This document shows positions 60,161 to 64,000 of a DNA stretch of 64,000 bases, piece by piece. The position numbers and the translations under genes were made by a program. The notes beneath the pieces are model-generated. The model was not told the origin of the DNA, ran no database searches, and saw only the letters and a program-made list of their open reading frames with translations. Source of the DNA: an uncultured virus (IMG/VR IMGVR_UViG_3300018878_000142) (lineage: Duplodnaviria; Heunggongvirae; Uroviricota; Caudoviricetes); the IMG/VR virus record IMGVR_UViG_3300018878_000142; one strand, written 5' to 3'. The first letter of the stretch is position 1; each line of letters opens with the position of its first letter.

Positions 60161-61534
60161 ATGGCGGATAAAAATATTAATGTTATTTTATTAAATAGAC
60201 ATGATACCGATGATAACTGGGCTAATTCTAAATATCAACCTAGAAATGGTGAAATCATTGTTTATGATAATTCAGGTAGGCTAAAAGTTGGTAATGGGAG
60301 TGCTACTCCAGATCAGCTTCCATTCCTTGATAAAAACTATTATTTGACATTGAATGGTAATAGACTTATTTTTTCTAATGATGGGGTTGGTGCTGTAGCA
60401 ACCGATATAACATTACCAGATAATGATACTCTTTATTATGCTAAAGCAAACGGTGGCTTAGTCTTAGATTCTGATACAAAAGAATTTAGTCTAGGTAATA
60501 GCGGTGTAATAGCAGGAACTTATGAGCCTGACTCAACAAAACGAACACCACAGCCTGGTGGAATATTTACTGTACCTAGATTTGTTGTAGATAGTCATGG
60601 TAGAATTACAGAAGCTGGAACTGTTGATATAACTCTTCCTATAGATAATGACTCAAAAGCATCTTCTGGAGATACTTCTGAGAAAATATATCTCATAGGT
60701 ACAGCTGAACGCTCAGAAAGTGGTCGAATAACTTACTCATATGAAAATGCTTATGTGCAAGATGGTTATGTTTACAGTGGTGGTAAAAAGGTTTTAACAG
60801 AAGAAACTACTTTAAGTAAGGGAACTGATTCTACTAGTACTGATGAGATCGGTCCTAGTGATTCATTTACTGCTGTTGAAAGTGTTGCTGTAGATAATCA
60901 TAAAATAACTGAAACAAAAAAGACTTATACAATTAAGCCGGAAACTCAATTAAGCAAAGGTACTGCAGCAGAAACAGATGGATCAACTTTAACTTTTGGT
61001 GGTGATTTAAGTGTTATGGATAACACAACTGTTTCTAATCACATTATTACTGATCATAAAGTAAAATATAAATTACCTAGTGAAACAGCTATAAGTACTT
61101 CTGATGCTACTGGAACCGCAGAAACGCCTGCTCATGGTGATTCTATTACTGTAGTCACAAATGTATCGAAAGGCACTGGTAGCCATAATATATCTGTTGA
61201 GAAAACTAGTATAACATTACCTACAGCACCAGGTGTCGCAGTTTCTGATAGTACTGCTGGAACATAGACACCAAAACATGGTGGAACTTTTACAGCTATA
61301 AGTGAAATAACAGCTGATGGTCATGGTATAAAGAAAAAGACAACAACTTATACACTTCCAACAGAGACAACAGTAACTATTAGCACAGCTAAAGCTGGTA
61401 CAGCTACAGAGTTAACTCATGGAAACACTTTTGAAGCTATAACTGGAATAGAAGCATCTGGACATACTGTAACACCAATTGTTACTACTTTCACGCTCCC
61501 ATCAGGTGTAGACGATGGTGAGTTAACAGAATAA
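60161..61534 (+). CDS. tail fibre-like protein with Thr-rich repeats (1 TAG)
   Basis: Hyaluronidase/Mtd-N-like start (GEIIVYD..RLKVGNG..QLPF), VDSHGRIT, repeated HG..F/I..H.I....Y/FTLP units. Confidence 0.75.
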
Positions 61535-61618
61535 CTAAACATAAAATTAAATAATTAAAATAATAACCTCTAGATAATAAGCTAAATTATTTAGAGGTTA
61601 CTTTTATGGGGGTATATT

Positions 61619-62230
61619 ATGAATAAAGCAGAAGCTGAAATATTGGAAAATTATCTTAAAGATGCTAAGTATTGCGAAGCTTTAGACAATAAGAAATATG
61701 GTAGATTATTCTAGTTAACTGACGAAGAAGACTTGCATTTACTTATTGAGCTTCTAGAAGCTGAGAATGAGGATATTCCAGAAGAATCTATTTCTGATTT
61801 ATTTTCTGATTATAAAGATTTTATGTTAGACCGTAAATATAGCTGGGATGTATATTTTGATTTATTTATGGGTTTTCCTTATGAGCAGCAATATGATTTG
61901 AGAGATTATGATATTTCAAGAAATCTTTTAGATGATATAGCAAAAAGTCTGCACGAAGATAGAGTTTTCGATAATGTAATTAATCATGCTGATAACTCAG
62001 ATATCCCATATATAATGTCTATTTCAGCTAGAATAGTTGAAAACGATGATTTAATTATTTACTGCTATGTTATAAGCGAAACAGGCGAAGATTTAGTAGA
62101 ATTAAAACGTGCTTTACCTACTTATAAATATTTCAAAGGTATACCATATGTAGGCTATGGTTATAATGAGTCAGCTATAAAGAAAATTATAGAAGCGGTG
62201 TTTACTAAAGTAGGAAGATATTTGGGGTAA
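61619..62230 (+). CDS. shared-N-module protein (1 TAG)
   Basis: LENYL...ALDNKKY...LLEAENEDIP. Confidence 0.8.
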
Positions 62231-62234
62231 TCTT

Positions 62235-62873
62235 ATGCAATTAACTGATAAACAAAAAGAAGTATTAAATAGATACCTCACAAAAGATGATTGGGTAAAA
62301 GCTTTAGATAGCAGAGATTATTCTGAGTTATTAAAATTAACAGCTACATATCATATAAATCTAGTAGCTTAGATGCTAGAAGAGCTAGAGTCACCAATAC
62401 CTAGAGATGAGATAAGAAAATTATTTGTTGGCTTTACTGGGGTACATTTTGAGCCAGAATATGATAATATTGAGTATGCTGATATTTTAGTAGATGATAC
62501 TAAGAGAAGAATTAAAGTTAAAATTCCTAAAGCAAAGCTAGAGAAAAATATTGATAAGTTAGTTAGAAGAAATATAATTGCTTATTATTCTTTTGCGTAT
62601 GAAGATTCTCTAGATTATGTTGAAAATAAATATTTAGATGATATATGCACTGTTGTTAGTTATGTTTATGTAACAATAGGTGGTGATCTAGAATTTCATT
62701 TCGATTTAATAGATTCTAATGGTATAACACATGCTACTTTGCAAGATGAACATCCAGCAGCACCTTTCTTTATTGGTGTAAATGGAATTGGCTACGCTAC
62801 AAACTTAGATGAAATAGTAAAATATGCGGAAAAGCTTTTTAAAGATTGTTTAAAAGTACTTTTGGAGGATTAA
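62235..62873 (+). CDS. shared-N-module protein (1 TAG)
   Basis: LNRYL..DDWVKALDSRDY...MLEELESPIP. Confidence 0.8.
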
Positions 62874-62874
62874 T

Positions 62875-64000
62875 ATGGTTGATATAATTAAAGCTGTTAA
62901 AGAAAAATTTAATGCTTCTAATTATCCAGTATCAGGACCTACATATATTCTTCCCGATGGATCATTTTTAGATATAGCTGGAACTTTTGATCCTAAAAAT
63001 AGTTTTGAAGATTTTCCATGTCATGCTGAAGTAGAAGGTTTTCTTTTAGATATTGGCTTATCTAATCAAGTAGTAGATGTATCAGGTAGCCCTACTTTAG
63101 AAAGCTTAGGTGCTATAAGATGTAATGACTTAGCGGATAATAATTTTGTTCAATTAAGCAATATAAGACCCACTTCTGATTAGTATGAAAGTTTGGAAAA
63201 TTGGATATATGAAAATGCTACGCATAGAAGCGAGCTTATAGTAGCTACACCTGAATTTATTCAATATAAAAAATATGATCCAGAAGATGTTGAGTACATT
63301 ATCAAAAGAATAAAAAGATACTATACATCAGGTACTTTATATGAGAGTAAATGTAGCATATCTTATAAAGATATTTCAGACCTCGATCGCTATAAAAAAT
63401 CTGCAAATGAGATTCTTGGCGGTTGGGGTAGCCAATCTGATAATGGAATATTAGATAATACTAAAGAAATATATGTAGATGATAAATTAGTTGGTTACAT
63501 AAGTTTCGAAGAATTTGATGATATCGAGGGTTATAATAAAGCATTAGGTTTCGGCAACTTTATGATTTTAGATAGAGGTAAAGGTTACGGAACATAGGTT
63601 TTAAAAGATTTAATCCAAAGATATAGAGATACTTTTGATCTTATTTATTGTTTTGTAAATTCTGATAATTATGATGCTATAAAACTTTATAAAAAATTAG
63701 GTAAAGTGTATGATGAAGATGGGCCTAATGATGATAATCAATATTATGTAACTTTTTGGGATAATAAATATATGTCAATTAATGAAAATGTGTCAATAAA
63801 AGAAGCTAAAAAGAAAAAGAAGAAGAAAAAAGCTTTAGGCTGGTGGCAAACTTTTACACCTGATGCTGGTAATGTACTGTTTAATAATGCGTTTTTCAAT
63901 CATGCAATGGGAAACACAACAACAGATGAGTTTGTTGCAGAGGCTGGCGAAGCTTTAGCTGGTGATTGTGGCGCTGGTTTAGGTGAGTCCTTACAAAAAG
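62875..64000 (+). CDS. multidomain protein containing a GNAT acetyltransferase; runs off window (2 TAG seen)
   Basis: LVGYI...RGKGYGT[TAG]VLKDL...VNSDNYDAIKLYKKLG. Confidence 0.8.

Larger units (their letters stand above)
1..64000 (+). mobile_element. segment of a large (jumbo) bacteriophage genome using TAG=Gln recoding
   Basis: Unidirectional dense short ORFs, phage-type accessory enzymes, fibre-like genes, homing endonucleases, no bacterial housekeeping operons, repeated in-frame TAG readthrough. Confidence 0.9.

Noticed and set aside
47221..63600. Mass pseudogenisation of the right-hand region
   Set aside because: Interruptions are exclusively TAG, frames are preserved and motifs intact, which recoding explains better
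1..64000. tRNA genes including an amber suppressor
   Set aside because: No cloverleaf with T-loop and CCA recognised by eye; tRNAscan would be needed to exclude them

Overview
AT-rich, almost entirely + strand, gene-dense segment of a large (jumbo, probably T4-like myovirus) phage. A Firmicutes-type host is inferred from strong GGAGG/GAGGT RBSs, TTGA(T/C)N-17bp-TATAAT promoters, BspA-type LRRs and an InlB-B repeat. The genome appears to read TAG as Gln (genetic code 15), so the supplied ORF track fragments or misses many genes. In-frame TAGs concentrate in units preceded by a GCTAAATT motif (putative late promoter) and are rare in units driven by 12 sigma70-like promoters. The left ~41 kb holds early/accessory genes: RNA ligase, deaminase, five FETNSSS(T/S)HS-motif paralogs, Nampt-like/NadE/macro NAD genes, radical SAM, vWA + PurA-like, bS21, YqeY, an S3-like KH domain and SprT. 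It also holds a TAG-recoded HNH homing endonuclease that duplicated its target gene's 3' end, and two paralogous fibre-like genes each frameshifted at a poly-G tract. The right ~22 kb holds a MoxR-like AAA+ ATPase and a HEXXH-vWA gene, followed by about 20 genes sharing an N-terminal helical module fused to variable C-terminal domains (four BspA-LRR), interleaved with candidate virion-packaged enzymes (ART-like, nucleotidyltransferase, GNAT). All translations and alignments were done by eye; no database searches were run, and many small hypothetical ORFs are not itemised.
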